Source: an uncultured Verrucomicrobiae bacterium (lineage in GTDB: Bacteria; Verrucomicrobiota; Verrucomicrobiia; Chthoniobacterales; UBA10450). Taken from it: a DNA stretch of 64,000 nucleotides. The translations under genes were made by a program, and so were the position numbers. Positions 39,945 through 49,616 of this stretch are shown here, piece after piece. The stretch's first letter is position 1. Each line of letters starts with the position of its first letter. The notes beneath the pieces are model-generated. The model saw only the letters and a list, made by a program, of their open reading frames with translations, did no database searches and had not been told where the DNA came from. The stretch covers positions 160,001 through 224,000 of the forward strand of contig CAVWPA010000003.1 of assembly GCA_963756875.1 (NCBI GenBank), given 5' to 3'.

Positions 39945-41972
39945 TTACCGGGACTGGGTCTTCGCACTGTGCTTGTCGATCAAAGCTTGAAAGCGCGGAT
40001 CGCTTCGTAACGGGTCCCAAACCGGATTCACTTTAAGACTTGCCACGGTGACGTTGCTTGGCCGGCTCAACAGTCCGTCGAGAATCTCGATGGCCTGAGC
40101 GGTATCACCGAGAGCGGTATGCACTTCGGCGACGCCCTGTGTGATCTCGGGTCCCCCAAAGGCGTCCTTGCTTTCGGGGAGCAGTTCGGTGGCGCGCTGC
40201 GCCGCCTCCAGCGCGGCATCTTTTTCGCCGAGATATGCCAGCACTTTAGCAAGCTGAATCTCGGCGTCCGCAGCATCGGGGTTTTGCTTTAATTGCTGCT
40301 CGACCGCGCTCTTTGCCTTTAAGAAAGCCTCGCGCGAACCGGCGTCGTCATGGAGCGCTTTTCGGGCAAAGCCGATAAGATAATATTTGGTGGACAGACC
40401 CCCGGGAAAAGCCATGACCTGATCGTCCGGCAGGCTCTCCACCTTTTGCAATCCCTCCTTGTATTTGCGCTCCAGGAGATAAACATTCGCCCGGCCACCG
40501 GCGATCTTGAGCTTCTGCTCGTCACTCAGCACTGGGATCTTCTTCACCACCTCAAATCCTTGCTCAGCGACGCTCAAATCGCCTTTCTCCGCGACGGCCA
40601 GCTGGGATTTGATCTCCCAAAGTCCCACGCCGTTTGGATTCACCTTGAGCGCGCGATCGATCGTCTTGTTGGCCGCGTCGAATTGCCGCTGCATCTGATA
40701 GTTAAAAGCGAGATTCTGCAGCGGCCAGCTGTCTTTGGGATTCAAACTGGCCGCCTTCTCCAGATTGGCAGTCGATTCCGCCCATTTGCCCTGCCGGCGT
40801 TGGATCGCTCCGATGGCAAGATACGCGCCGGACTCGTTAGGCAGACCGCGCTGCGCGATTTCGAATTCCTTCAGGGCTGCATCGTAATCGTTGTCGCCGT
40901 AGTAATAAGAGAATCCCATCGCCAGGTGCGCCTCCGGCAGATCGGGCTGCAATTGCAGCGCCTGCTCGGCTAGCTTGCGAGCCTTTTCCTTGCGCTCGGG
41001 AACGGGGTCGATCGCGTGGAAAATCCAACTTTCCAATTGCGAGTAGCCCGCGATGGCCAGCGCAAATTTAGGGTCCAACTCGATGGCGCGCGCATAGAGC
41101 TCGCCGCTCTGTTTCAGTTTCGCGGGGTCCTCCATGGAGGTGGTAGAGAGATTGTGGGCCTGGACAAAAGCGAAATATGCTTCGCCGTTCTGGGTCGGTT
41201 TGCGCTCCATTTCTGCCTTCTCGCTGGGCGAAAGCTTTGCCTGCAGTTCGTTGGCGATTTCCTGGGCCAGCTTCGTCTGGATGGCGAAAACATCGGTCAA
41301 ATCACCGTCGTAATCGTTGGCCCAAAGATGTTCGTCTGTGGTGGCATCGATAAGCTGCACGTTGACGCGAACCTTGTTCCCCTCGCGACGCACGCTGCCC
41401 TCGAGAATGGTCGACACCCCGAGAGCCTTGCCGATGTCGCGAACATTCGGCAAATGACCCCGATACGACATCACCGATGTGCGGGAAATTACCTTGAGGT
41501 CGCCGATCTTCGACAGGTTTGTAAGAATGTCGTCCTGGATGCCGTCGGCAAAATAGGCGTTCTCTTTGTTGTCGCTCAAGTTTTCAAACGGAAGCACGGC
41601 GATCGATTTGTCGATCCTGTGTGCGGCCGCGCGCGGCAAAACAAAAAATCCCGCTGCTACGGAAATGGCAATACCGGCCGTCGCCAGCAAAACGATGTTG
41701 CGGCGGCGATGTCCGACCGGAGCGGGCAGCGACTCCATTTTCGACGTCCGCTCGATGCCGCTCGGAGTGATATCAAAAATCCAGGCGAGAACGAGGGCGA
41801 GCGGAAAACCGATCAATAAGAGCACGATGACCACCCGGATCACCGAGTTTGAAATGTCGAAAACAGGAAGAACCTGCGCCAGCCCTTGTGCCAGAGCCCA
41901 GCTCGCAACCGCATACGCGATCGCGACCCGGTAGACTTTGCGACGTTTCAATTCTTGGAAGAAGCCGGTCAT
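39945..41972 (-). CDS. Membrane protein with TolB-like/FlgO domain and TPR repeats (no catalytic domain)
   Basis: FFQELKRRKVYRVAIAY plus three hydrophobic segments, KSIAVLPFENLS, VISRTS, ILEGSVRR, TPR helices, WDPLRSDPRFQAL. Confidence 0.9.
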   Translation of the reverse strand: MTGFFQELKRRKVYRVAIAYAVASWALAQGLAQVLPVFDISNSVIRVVIVLLLIGFPLALVLAWIFDITPSGIERTSKMESLPAPVGHRRRNIVLLATAGIAISVAAGFFVLPRAAAHRIDKSIAVLPFENLSDNKENAYFADGIQDDILTNLSKIGDLKVISRTSVMSYRGHLPNVRDIGKALGVSTILEGSVRREGNKVRVNVQLIDATTDEHLWANDYDGDLTDVFAIQTKLAQEIANELQAKLSPSEKAEMERKPTQNGEAYFAFVQAHNLSTTSMEDPAKLKQSGELYARAIELDPKFALAIAGYSQLESWIFHAIDPVPERKEKARKLAEQALQLQPDLPEAHLAMGFSYYYGDNDYDAALKEFEIAQRGLPNESGAYLAIGAIQRRQGKWAESTANLEKAASLNPKDSWPLQNLAFNYQMQRQFDAANKTIDRALKVNPNGVGLWEIKSQLAVAEKGDLSVAEQGFEVVKKIPVLSDEQKLKIAGGRANVYLLERKYKEGLQKVESLPDDQVMAFPGGLSTKYYLIGFARKALHDDAGSREAFLKAKSAVEQQLKQNPDAADAEIQLAKVLAYLGEKDAALEAAQRATELLPESKDAFGGPEITQGVAEVHTALGDTAQAIEILDGLLSRPSNVTVASLKVNPVWDPLRSDPRFQALIDKHSAKTQSR

Positions 41973-42075
41973 ACCAAAAGATTTGGATTCGCTTCGCGCA
42001 TCAGGGGAAGTTCCTTCTCAATCAGACAAACGGCAAGACCGAGCTGTTGAAGGAATCTGTTAAGGGTCGCGATCG

Positions 42076-42105
42076 TTGACATCGTATCAGCGCTCCGAGT
42101 ATCGT
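42076..42105 (+). promoter_or_regulatory. Sigma70-type promoter of the peptide/oxidase operon
   Basis: TTGACA-N18-TATCGT, followed by RBS AAGGAG 5 nt before ATG 42139. Confidence 0.65.
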
Positions 42106-42138
42106 CTGAATTGCCTACTCAAACGAAAAGGAGCAACA

Positions 42139-42306
42139 ATGACTAAAAAGGAATCGGCAAAAGCGAAACGCGATATGCAGCTGCGGAAAAAAAAGGCGGC
42201 GGCCCTGGTCAGAAGTCTCAAAAAGACCGAACAAAAATTGGAATTGGATTTAAAGAAGCTCAAGGAAGGTCTCTCCAGCCCGGTACTTTACTATCACCGC
42301 TTGTGA
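42139..42306 (+). CDS. Putative RiPP precursor peptide (55 aa)
   Basis: Strong RBS. MTKKESAKAKRDMQLRKKKAAALVRSLKKTEQKLELDLKKLKEGLSSPVLYYHRL. Stop overlaps the next start (TGATG). Confidence 0.75.
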   Translation: MTKKESAKAKRDMQLRKKKAAALVRSLKKTEQKLELDLKKLKEGLSSPVLYYHRL

Positions 42307-43442
42307 TGCGGGAAGGGGCGGGCCCATTTCGACGGGCTAAAAGTTTGTCGGTCTGCTGGCGGGACGGTCGACTTCTTTTTCATAATTACGCCGCGCAATC
42401 GACCATTTCTGCCAGGCCCGTCACCTGCGAAGTTCTGAATTTCTTCAGCCACTGGCGCACTGTCAGAGCAGCTGTCACCCATTTTTCTGCTTACTCGAAG
42501 CAAAGCGTGGTGGCCGCTCTCGCCGACTTACTAAAGCGGGGGCTTCTCGTTGCGAAAGGTTCCCCGGAGGCGGCGCGCGACTCTTTGGTTGCAAGGGAGT
42601 GGTCCTCTTGGTTGCCCGAAGGGAGTTTTCATTTCTCGACGAAGGACGCGCCCTATGTGCGTGGCGATCGGAGCAACGCTCGTTTGGCGCCTTTTCTTTT
42701 GAAGACGCCGCAGCCTGCACATTTTAAGGTGATCAGCGAGGCGAGGAGAGTTGCGCTTCCACCGCGTATTTTTCCGGACTGCGAATTCATTCGAGTTCTG
42801 ATGGCGAGACGGACCCATCGACGGTTCTCATCCAAACCGCTTACCCTTGAAAGCGTATCTCAACTGCTCTCACTGGTTTGGGGCTTCACCGGTTATCTGC
42901 ACTCTCCTCTCTTTGGAAAGTTACCGGCCAAGACCAGCCCGTCGGGTGGCGCGCGGCATCCCGGGGAGGTGTACCTGATGGCCCTGCGTGTCCAAGGCCT
43001 GAGACCCGGTCTGTATCATTATCACCCCGCTCACCATCGCCTTGAGAGGATCCATTCCCACGCGACGCGTGGCGAAGCGTCACGCTACTGCGCGTACCAG
43101 GACTACGTAAAAAACGCCGGTGCTCTGTTCTTAATGACGGCCGTGTTTGGACGCACCATGTGGAAATACAGGCATGCTCGCGCCTACCGCGTCGTGTTGC
43201 TCGAAGCTGGCCACCTATGCCAGACATTTTGTCTGGCCGCGACTTGGCTGGGGCTCGCGCCGTTCTGCACCGCCGCGCTCAAGGACACGTTGATCGAGAA
43301 AGATCTCGGAATCGACGGAGTCCGCGAATCGATACTTTACGTAGCTGGCGTTGGCCTGCCCTCTACTTCGGAGCGAGTGAAGCGACAATTTTCTCGAACC
43401 GGGGATCACCGCGCAATGAATCCCAATAGGGGTGAAGCTTGA
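42306..43442 (+). CDS. SagB/ThcOx-family FMN-dependent peptide dehydrogenase with RRE-like N-terminus
   Basis: RRTHRRF, KTSPSGGARHPGEVY, GLYHY, WKY, AYRVVLLEAGHLCQTFCLAATWLGL. The first ~80 aa show a beta3/alpha3 pattern ending LADLLKRGLLV. Confidence 0.88.
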   Translation: MREGAGPFRRAKSLSVCWRDGRLLFHNYAAQSTISARPVTCEVLNFFSHWRTVRAAVTHFSAYSKQSVVAALADLLKRGLLVAKGSPEAARDSLVAREWSSWLPEGSFHFSTKDAPYVRGDRSNARLAPFLLKTPQPAHFKVISEARRVALPPRIFPDCEFIRVLMARRTHRRFSSKPLTLESVSQLLSLVWGFTGYLHSPLFGKLPAKTSPSGGARHPGEVYLMALRVQGLRPGLYHYHPAHHRLERIHSHATRGEASRYCAYQDYVKNAGALFLMTAVFGRTMWKYRHARAYRVVLLEAGHLCQTFCLAATWLGLAPFCTAALKDTLIEKDLGIDGVRESILYVAGVGLPSTSERVKRQFSRTGDHRAMNPNRGEA

Positions 43443-45780
43443 GAAGACCGTAGCTAAGCTCGTTAGGGACGCGCTCTACCTCGGCAATCTGTTCGATAGC
43501 CAGGTCTTTTTCGCCGGTCCAGGCGTAAATCTGCGCCAGGTCGACAGCGAGTGCGGCACCGTCGACCGCATCCTTTGATATTGGGAGTAGTTCCCAAGCA
43601 CGTCGGCCCTCACGCAGCGCATCTTCCTTGCGTCCGAGTCCAGCGTCGATCCTGCCCAATAGACTTACCGCCGGCGCAAAATCGGGCTGGTCGTCGATCT
43701 CTTTCTGCACCTCTTTGCGGGCGGCAGCAAAAGCAGCGCGGGCGTTAGCAATGTCCCCTTGGCAATAAGCAAACACTCCCTCCCAGTAAGCCACAGGAAT
43801 TCTGGCACCGTAGGGAGCCAAGCCACCGGGCGGGTAATCTTTAAACACACGGCTGGCAGCAGCCGCGCTTCGTTCACAAAGGCCGTAGTCTGGGTAGTCG
43901 ATATCTCTCGCGACGGCTGGATTTTCAATAATCAAAGCAGCCAGCGTCTTCTTATACGGTTCAATATCCGCCCGCCAATGGAGAGCAACCAGCGCTCGAT
44001 TGACACGGGTCAGCGGATCGCCAGGGGCAATATTCAGTACGCGGTCCCAAGTTTGCGCCTCATCAGCGTAGCGACGCTCCGAATGGTAGGTCAGTGCCAG
44101 TTGTTGAAGGATAAACCGATTGCGCGGGTCCAGCTCGAGGGCGTGCTCCAGATTGCGGGTGGCTTCCGTCCAATCGCCTTCACGACGATCGATCAGGCCG
44201 GTATATAGAAAAACCTCTGCGTTGTTCGGCAGCGTATGCCGCGCAGTTGCCAGATCAGCGCGCGCGCGCTGATAGTCGCGGAAGCCTTGGTAGTAATAAA
44301 TTCCGAGTGCGAGGTTTACTTCACCCCCTTGGGGTTGCAGCTGCGAGGCAGTTTGTAGCGCCGCCTTGGCCAGATCAAGACGTGACTTGGTATGGTCCTC
44401 GTGCGTATAGATGGCACCCTGCGTTCGCGACAGCAGGCACCAAGCCAAAAGAAAACGCGGGTCGCTCTGAACAGCCTCGTTAAGCAGGCGCGCAGCCTCA
44501 AACAAGTTCTCCCTGCCGTGCATTGGATCTGAAACGTTTCCCCAGTGCGCCTTAGCCTCCTGGTATAGCCTGAACGCGATGAGGTTGGTAGTTGGGGGCT
44601 TCTCGATCGCGGCCTTTTCGCTCGGAGAGATTTTTGCCTGGAGTTGGTCGGCGATCGCTTTCGCAATCTCGCTCTGGATCTTAAAGACGTCCGCCAGTTC
44701 GCGATCATACCCCTGCGCCCAGATATGCGTGTCTGTTCGGGCGTCGATCAACTGTGCGGTAACGCGGATCCGGTTCCCCTCACGCTGCACGCTCCCTTCC
44801 AACACATGGGCTACCCCGAGCTGCTTGGCAATCTCGCGCACATTGCGCTCCGCGCCGCCTTTGTACTGCATTACGCTGGTCCGGCTAATGACCTTTAGGT
44901 CAGCGATTTTCGCCAGGTCCATGAGAATTTCGTCCTGGACACCTTCAGTGAAGAATGCGTTTTCCGGTTGTGCGCTTAGGTTCTCGAAAGGAAGCACCGC
45001 GATGCTCTTTTCCGGAGCGATCACGCGAGCTGTTCGCCCTGAACGTCCGCGTTGGACGAAGATCCAAATGCTGGTCGCCAGCGCGATCGCCGAAAGAAAC
45101 ATGGTCAGCGCCAATAACGATTTTGACCAGCGTGGAGCCGCTGCCGACCGCATGAGACGCGCGTCGGCGTGCTTCCAGCGCTTGCCGCGACGGAATTTTT
45201 CCGGTGGCTGCGGATTACCCAGATCGCTCTTTGAAAAATTGAAGATGTGAAGCCTTAGTCCGTGCTTAACCTCGCACTCGCCAAGGTCGTGCAGATAGGG
45301 CCGCCAATGCCCGTATTGCGCCAAATCGTCGGCCACGTGCTTCGAGAGCAGAATGTGCCCGGCATCGCCGCATTCCATCACCCGCTGGGCGACATTTATG
45401 CCCGTTCCGGTAATGTTGGATCGGTCGTTCACATCGGTAACCTCATTCACCGGGCCGCTGTGAATTCCCATGCGCAACTGGATTTGAGGATGGCTGCGCA
45501 ATTCCTCGGCAATCTCTAGCGCACATTGCACCGGCTCCTCCGGACTATGGAAGAAAAGCAGCGCCATTCCATCGCCGGTAGGCAGACGAATCAGCTTTCG
45601 GCTGGCTTCAGCCCGCCGGAAACATTCGGTGTTTCGAACGATTTGATTAAGCTGCTGGAGCAGTTCGGCCTGTTCGTTGCCCAGCAGCTTGGAATAGCCG
45701 ACAACGTCCATTAACAAAATGTGCGCGATCTCGAATCCGAGATCCGGCTTCTGCCCAGCGGATATGTTTTGCTCGGGCAC
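43363..45780 (-). CDS. Class III adenylate/guanylate cyclase domain + TM + TolB-like + TPR protein
   Basis: LMDVVGYS, PTGDGMAL, LRMGIHSGPV, GINVAQRV, then TM, KSIAVLPFENLS, TPRs, WDSLRGDPRFEKIV. GTG start with AGGAGG RBS. Confidence 0.9.
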   Translation of the reverse strand: MPEQNISAGQKPDLGFEIAHILLMDVVGYSKLLGNEQAELLQQLNQIVRNTECFRRAEASRKLIRLPTGDGMALLFFHSPEEPVQCALEIAEELRSHPQIQLRMGIHSGPVNEVTDVNDRSNITGTGINVAQRVMECGDAGHILLSKHVADDLAQYGHWRPYLHDLGECEVKHGLRLHIFNFSKSDLGNPQPPEKFRRGKRWKHADARLMRSAAAPRWSKSLLALTMFLSAIALATSIWIFVQRGRSGRTARVIAPEKSIAVLPFENLSAQPENAFFTEGVQDEILMDLAKIADLKVISRTSVMQYKGGAERNVREIAKQLGVAHVLEGSVQREGNRIRVTAQLIDARTDTHIWAQGYDRELADVFKIQSEIAKAIADQLQAKISPSEKAAIEKPPTTNLIAFRLYQEAKAHWGNVSDPMHGRENLFEAARLLNEAVQSDPRFLLAWCLLSRTQGAIYTHEDHTKSRLDLAKAALQTASQLQPQGGEVNLALGIYYYQGFRDYQRARADLATARHTLPNNAEVFLYTGLIDRREGDWTEATRNLEHALELDPRNRFILQQLALTYHSERRYADEAQTWDRVLNIAPGDPLTRVNRALVALHWRADIEPYKKTLAALIIENPAVARDIDYPDYGLCERSAAAASRVFKDYPPGGLAPYGARIPVAYWEGVFAYCQGDIANARAAFAAARKEVQKEIDDQPDFAPAVSLLGRIDAGLGRKEDALREGRRAWELLPISKDAVDGAALAVDLAQIYAWTGEKDLAIEQIAEVERVPNELSYGLLKLHPYWDSLRGDPRFEKIVASLAPK

Positions 45781-45885
45781 GGGCCTCCTTTGCAAGGCCG
45801 ATGATCTCAATTCTTCCGGCCTGGGGTCGAGCTAAAACGACGAGCGAAGCGCGGGGCGCCGCCCGCGCGACCAGGAAGTAGGAGC

Positions 45886-46821
45886 CTACTTAACACCGGT
45901 GGCGAAGACTGTTTGAAAATGCGGGCTCTGTTTCTCCCGCGCCACCACGCTCACTTCGATCTCGTCAAACCCGGCCTTTTCCAAAAGTTCGTGCAGGATC
46001 ACTTCGCTAAAGCCGAGCCAGTGATCGGCATAGAGTTTTCGCGCCTTCTCGAAATTGTGGCTCAGCAGATCGAGCACAACGATGCGCCCCCCTTTTTTCA
46101 GAATGCGATGCGCCGACTCGATCGCGCGCTCCGGCTTGATGGCGTGATGCAACGCCTGGCTGAGAATGGCCAAATCAATACTGTTCTTCGCGATCGGCGG
46201 GGCCTCAATGTCGCCCAGCCGGTACTCGAGATTTTTCAACCCGTGCTGCTTTGCCAGCTTCGATCCGAACTCGACCATCTTCGGCGAGTTGTCGATGGCA
46301 ATGACTTTGCGCGCGCGTTTGGCGAGCAATTCGGAGAGCGTCCCTTCCCCGGCGCCCAGATCCGCCACCGTCAACGGCGGAAGCAAAGTAATGAGCGTGT
46401 GCGAAAGCGCTTTCCACGAGCGACCGGGGACGTAACTGCGTCCAAATCGGCCCGCCAGTTCGTCGAAATACTTTCGCGCCTTGTCCTGGCGTTTCCGTAA
46501 CGCAAGCTTCAATGCCGTGCGATCGTGCGCCGTTTCGGGAATTTCGCGCGCCAACGTTCGCAGCACTTCCTGCACGCGTCCGCGCGCCCCGTCGCGGCCG
46601 GCGGTTTTTGAGGCGCCGTAATAAACATTTTTGCCCGCCCGGCGATCTTCCACCACTCCGGCGCGCTTCAACTGGGCGAGATGACTGGAAATACGCGATT
46701 GCCCCATTTCCAGAATGTCCTGCAACTCCGCGACGGAAAGCTCCTCCTGTTCGAGCAACAGGAGAAGCCGCAGCCGTGTAGGATCGGCCAGGAGCCGGAG
46801 CAAATTAATCGTTGACGTCAT
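45886..46821 (-). CDS. ArsR-HTH + SAM-binding methyltransferase-fold regulator (SahR-like)
   Basis: LADPTRLRLL..ELSVAEL..QSRISSHLAQL, then VADLGAGEG and SQALHH. Divergent from metK-ahcY. Confidence 0.9.
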   Translation of the reverse strand: MTSTINLLRLLADPTRLRLLLLLEQEELSVAELQDILEMGQSRISSHLAQLKRAGVVEDRRAGKNVYYGASKTAGRDGARGRVQEVLRTLAREIPETAHDRTALKLALRKRQDKARKYFDELAGRFGRSYVPGRSWKALSHTLITLLPPLTVADLGAGEGTLSELLAKRARKVIAIDNSPKMVEFGSKLAKQHGLKNLEYRLGDIEAPPIAKNSIDLAILSQALHHAIKPERAIESAHRILKKGGRIVVLDLLSHNFEKARKLYADHWLGFSEVILHELLEKAGFDEIEVSVVAREKQSPHFQTVFATGVK

Positions 46822-46837
46822 GCAGCTGGACAACGAT

Positions 46838-46857
46838 ATATCGACGTATCATGATTG
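46838..46857. promoter_or_regulatory. Candidate SahR-type operator
   Basis: ATCGA-CGTATC-ATGAT imperfect palindrome resembling ATCAA-N6-TTGAT, just upstream of the regulator start. Confidence 0.5.
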
Positions 46858-46979
46858 GTCAATATGTCATACGACAGCGTCCCGCCGTTCACGCGACGAA
46901 TCGTTGCAGCGGCTGAAGGCCTCGCCCGGCAAATTCCAGTCTAACGTTATAACTCTTCTAACGAATCACGTTCCACACC

Positions 46980-48158
46980 ATGTCCCGCCGTTACATCTTT
47001 TCCTCCGAGTCGGTCACCGAAGGTCATCCCGATAAAGTTTGCGACACCATCAGCGATTACGTACTCGATGCGTGCCTGGAGCAGGACCCGCTCAGCCGCG
47101 TCGCATGCGAGACGCTGGCAAAAGGCAATCTCGTCGTGCTCGCGGGCGAAATCACCAGCAATGCAAAATTTGACTTCGAGGAGCGCATCCGCGAAGCCGT
47201 GCGCAGCATCGGCTACGTAAACACCGATTGCATTTTTCACGCGGACACATGCCGCGTTGTTTGCGAAATCACGGAGCAATCCCGCGACATCAAACAGGGC
47301 GTCGATGAAGCCGCTGCAGAGGGGAAAAGCACTGCCGAACAGGGCGCCGGCGACCAGGGCCTGATGTTCGGCTTCGCGTGCAACGAAACGCCGGAGCTTA
47401 TGCCCGCGCCGATTTCCTTCGCGCACAAACTGGGGCGCGAATTGATGCGAATGCGCAAATCCGGCGAAATCCCGTGGCTGCGACCCGACGCCAAAACACA
47501 GGTCTCGATCGAGTATGACGGCTACAAACCGGTGCGCGCCTCTGCGGTCGTGGTTTCCACGCAACATGCGGCCGACGTAAAACAAAAGGAAATTCACGAG
47601 ACGCTCATCGAGTTGCTCATCAAGAAAGTGATGCCGCCCGAATGGCTCGACGAGAAGACGATCTACTTAATCAATCCGACCGGCCGCTTCGTTACCGGCG
47701 GCCCCGAAGGCGACGCTGGAATCACGGGACGCAAAATCATTGTGGATACGTACGGCGGAATGGGACGGCACGGGGGCGGCGCGTTTTCCGGAAAGGACCC
47801 CAGTAAAGTGGACCGCAGCGCGGCGTACATGGGCCGCTGGGTAGCGAAAAATGTGGTCGCTGCCGGCCTCGCCGACCGCTGCGAAGTGCAATTCGCCTAT
47901 GCCATCGGCCATCCCGATCCCGTCAGCGTGAGCATCGACACTTTCTGCACCGGCAAGGTTGACGACGAAAAAATCGAGCGCGCCGTCCGGGAAATCTTCA
48001 ATTTCAAACCGGCCGAAATCATCAAACAGCTCAACCTGCTCCGTCCGATTTATCGCAAGACCACCAACTACGGACACTTCGGCCGGATCGACGACCTCGA
48101 TGCCATCACGTGGGAAAAAACGGACAAGGCGGACGCAATCAGGAAGGCAGTGCAGTAA
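46980..48158 (+). CDS. metK: S-adenosylmethionine synthetase
   Basis: [44 protein letters not shown]. Confidence 0.98.
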   Translation: MSRRYIFSSESVTEGHPDKVCDTISDYVLDACLEQDPLSRVACETLAKGNLVVLAGEITSNAKFDFEERIREAVRSIGYVNTDCIFHADTCRVVCEITEQSRDIKQGVDEAAAEGKSTAEQGAGDQGLMFGFACNETPELMPAPISFAHKLGRELMRMRKSGEIPWLRPDAKTQVSIEYDGYKPVRASAVVVSTQHAADVKQKEIHETLIELLIKKVMPPEWLDEKTIYLINPTGRFVTGGPEGDAGITGRKIIVDTYGGMGRHGGGAFSGKDPSKVDRSAAYMGRWVAKNVVAAGLADRCEVQFAYAIGHPDPVSVSIDTFCTGKVDDEKIERAVREIFNFKPAEIIKQLNLLRPIYRKTTNYGHFGRIDDLDAITWEKTDKADAIRKAVQ

Positions 48159-48182
48159 TCGGAGCTCTATCAGTAAAAATTT

Positions 48183-49616
48183 ATGAGTACGACAACGACC
48201 GACTCGAAAACGAAACAAGATTTTAAAGTTCGCGACATCAATCTTGCGGACTTTGGACGAAAGGAAATTTCCATCGCGGAAAAGGAGATGCCCGGCCTGA
48301 TGGCCATCCGGGAGAAGTATGCACCGGAGAAACCGTTCGCCGGTGTCCGCATCACCGGTTCGCTCCACATGACGATCCAGACCGCCGTGTTGATCGAAAC
48401 ACTGGTCGATCTCGGCGCAAGCGTGCGCTGGGCCAGTTGCAACATTTTCTCGACCCAGGATCACGCCGCGGCGGCGATCGCGAAATCAGGCGTACCGGTT
48501 TTCGCGTGGAAAGGCGAATCGCTCGAAGAATATTGGTGGTGCACTTACCGGGCACTCTCGCATGCGGACGGCAAAGGACCGCAACTCATCGTCGATGACG
48601 GTGGCGACGCGACATTGCTCATCCACAAAGGGTACGAGATCGAAGAAGGCAGCGATTGGGCGAAAACGAAATCGGCGAACAGGGAAGAACAGGTCATCAA
48701 GGACCTGTTGCTCGAAATTCAGCGCGAAAATCCGTATCGCTGGCACGAAATCGTGAAGGGGTGGCGCGGTGTTTCCGAAGAAACAACCACCGGCGTGCAT
48801 CGTCTTTATAAGATGCACCTGGAAAACAAGCTGCTGGTTCCGGCGATCAATGTGAACGACTCGGTCACGAAGTCGAAGTTCGACAATCTTTACGGCTGCC
48901 GGCATTCGCTGGTCGATGGATTGAACCGCGCGCTCGACGTCATGATTGCCGGCAAGATCGCGGTGGTGTGCGGCTACGGCGACGTCGGCAAAGGTTGCGC
49001 GCAATCGCTGCGCGGCCAGGGGGCGCGCGTGGTCATTACCGAGATCGATCCGATCAACGCATTGCAAGCGGCGATGGAAGGCTACGAAGTCACGACCATT
49101 GAGGAAACACTCGGCCGAGGGGACATTTACATCAGCGCCACCGGCAACACCGACGTGATCACGTTCGATCACATGCAGCGGATGAAAGATCAGGCCATCG
49201 TTGCCAACATTGGCCACTTCGACAACGAGATCCAGGTGGATGCGCTCAGTTCCGCCAAGGGCGTAAAGCGCACCAACATCAAACCGCAGGTGGACAAGTA
49301 CACATTCCCGGATGGCCACGATATTTTTCTGCTCGCGGAAGGGCGTCTGGTAAATCTCGGCTGCGCCACCGGCCATCCGAGCTTCGTCATGTCGAACTCA
49401 TTTTCCAATCAGGTGCTCGCCCAGCTCGATCTTTGGAAGAATCGGGAGACGTACAAGCCCGGCGTTTACGTCCTTTCGAAGAAACTCGACGAAGAAGTTG
49501 CGCGCCTGCATCTGGGAAAAATCGGGGTCAAACTGAGCAAGCTCTCGCAAAAGCAGGCCGATTATCTCGGCGTGCCGGTCGAAGGCCCGTTCAAGTCGGA
49601 GCATTACCGCTATTAA
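48183..49616 (+). CDS. ahcY: Adenosylhomocysteinase
   Basis: [40 protein letters not shown]. Confidence 0.98.
   Translation: MSTTTTDSKTKQDFKVRDINLADFGRKEISIAEKEMPGLMAIREKYAPEKPFAGVRITGSLHMTIQTAVLIETLVDLGASVRWASCNIFSTQDHAAAAIAKSGVPVFAWKGESLEEYWWCTYRALSHADGKGPQLIVDDGGDATLLIHKGYEIEEGSDWAKTKSANREEQVIKDLLLEIQRENPYRWHEIVKGWRGVSEETTTGVHRLYKMHLENKLLVPAINVNDSVTKSKFDNLYGCRHSLVDGLNRALDVMIAGKIAVVCGYGDVGKGCAQSLRGQGARVVITEIDPINALQAAMEGYEVTTIEETLGRGDIYISATGNTDVITFDHMQRMKDQAIVANIGHFDNEIQVDALSSAKGVKRTNIKPQVDKYTFPDGHDIFLLAEGRLVNLGCATGHPSFVMSNSFSNQVLAQLDLWKNRETYKPGVYVLSKKLDEEVARLHLGKIGVKLSKLSQKQADYLGVPVEGPFKSEHYRY

Noticed and set aside
42076..42138. TTG-started 76-aa version of the peptide
   Set aside because: That TTG is the -35 box TTGACA. 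The RBS supports ATG 42139.
43363..45780. Pycsar/CBASS-like anti-phage system
   Set aside because: No adjacent cNMP-binding, TIR or pore effector. The architecture is that of the TolB-TPR receptor cyclases.
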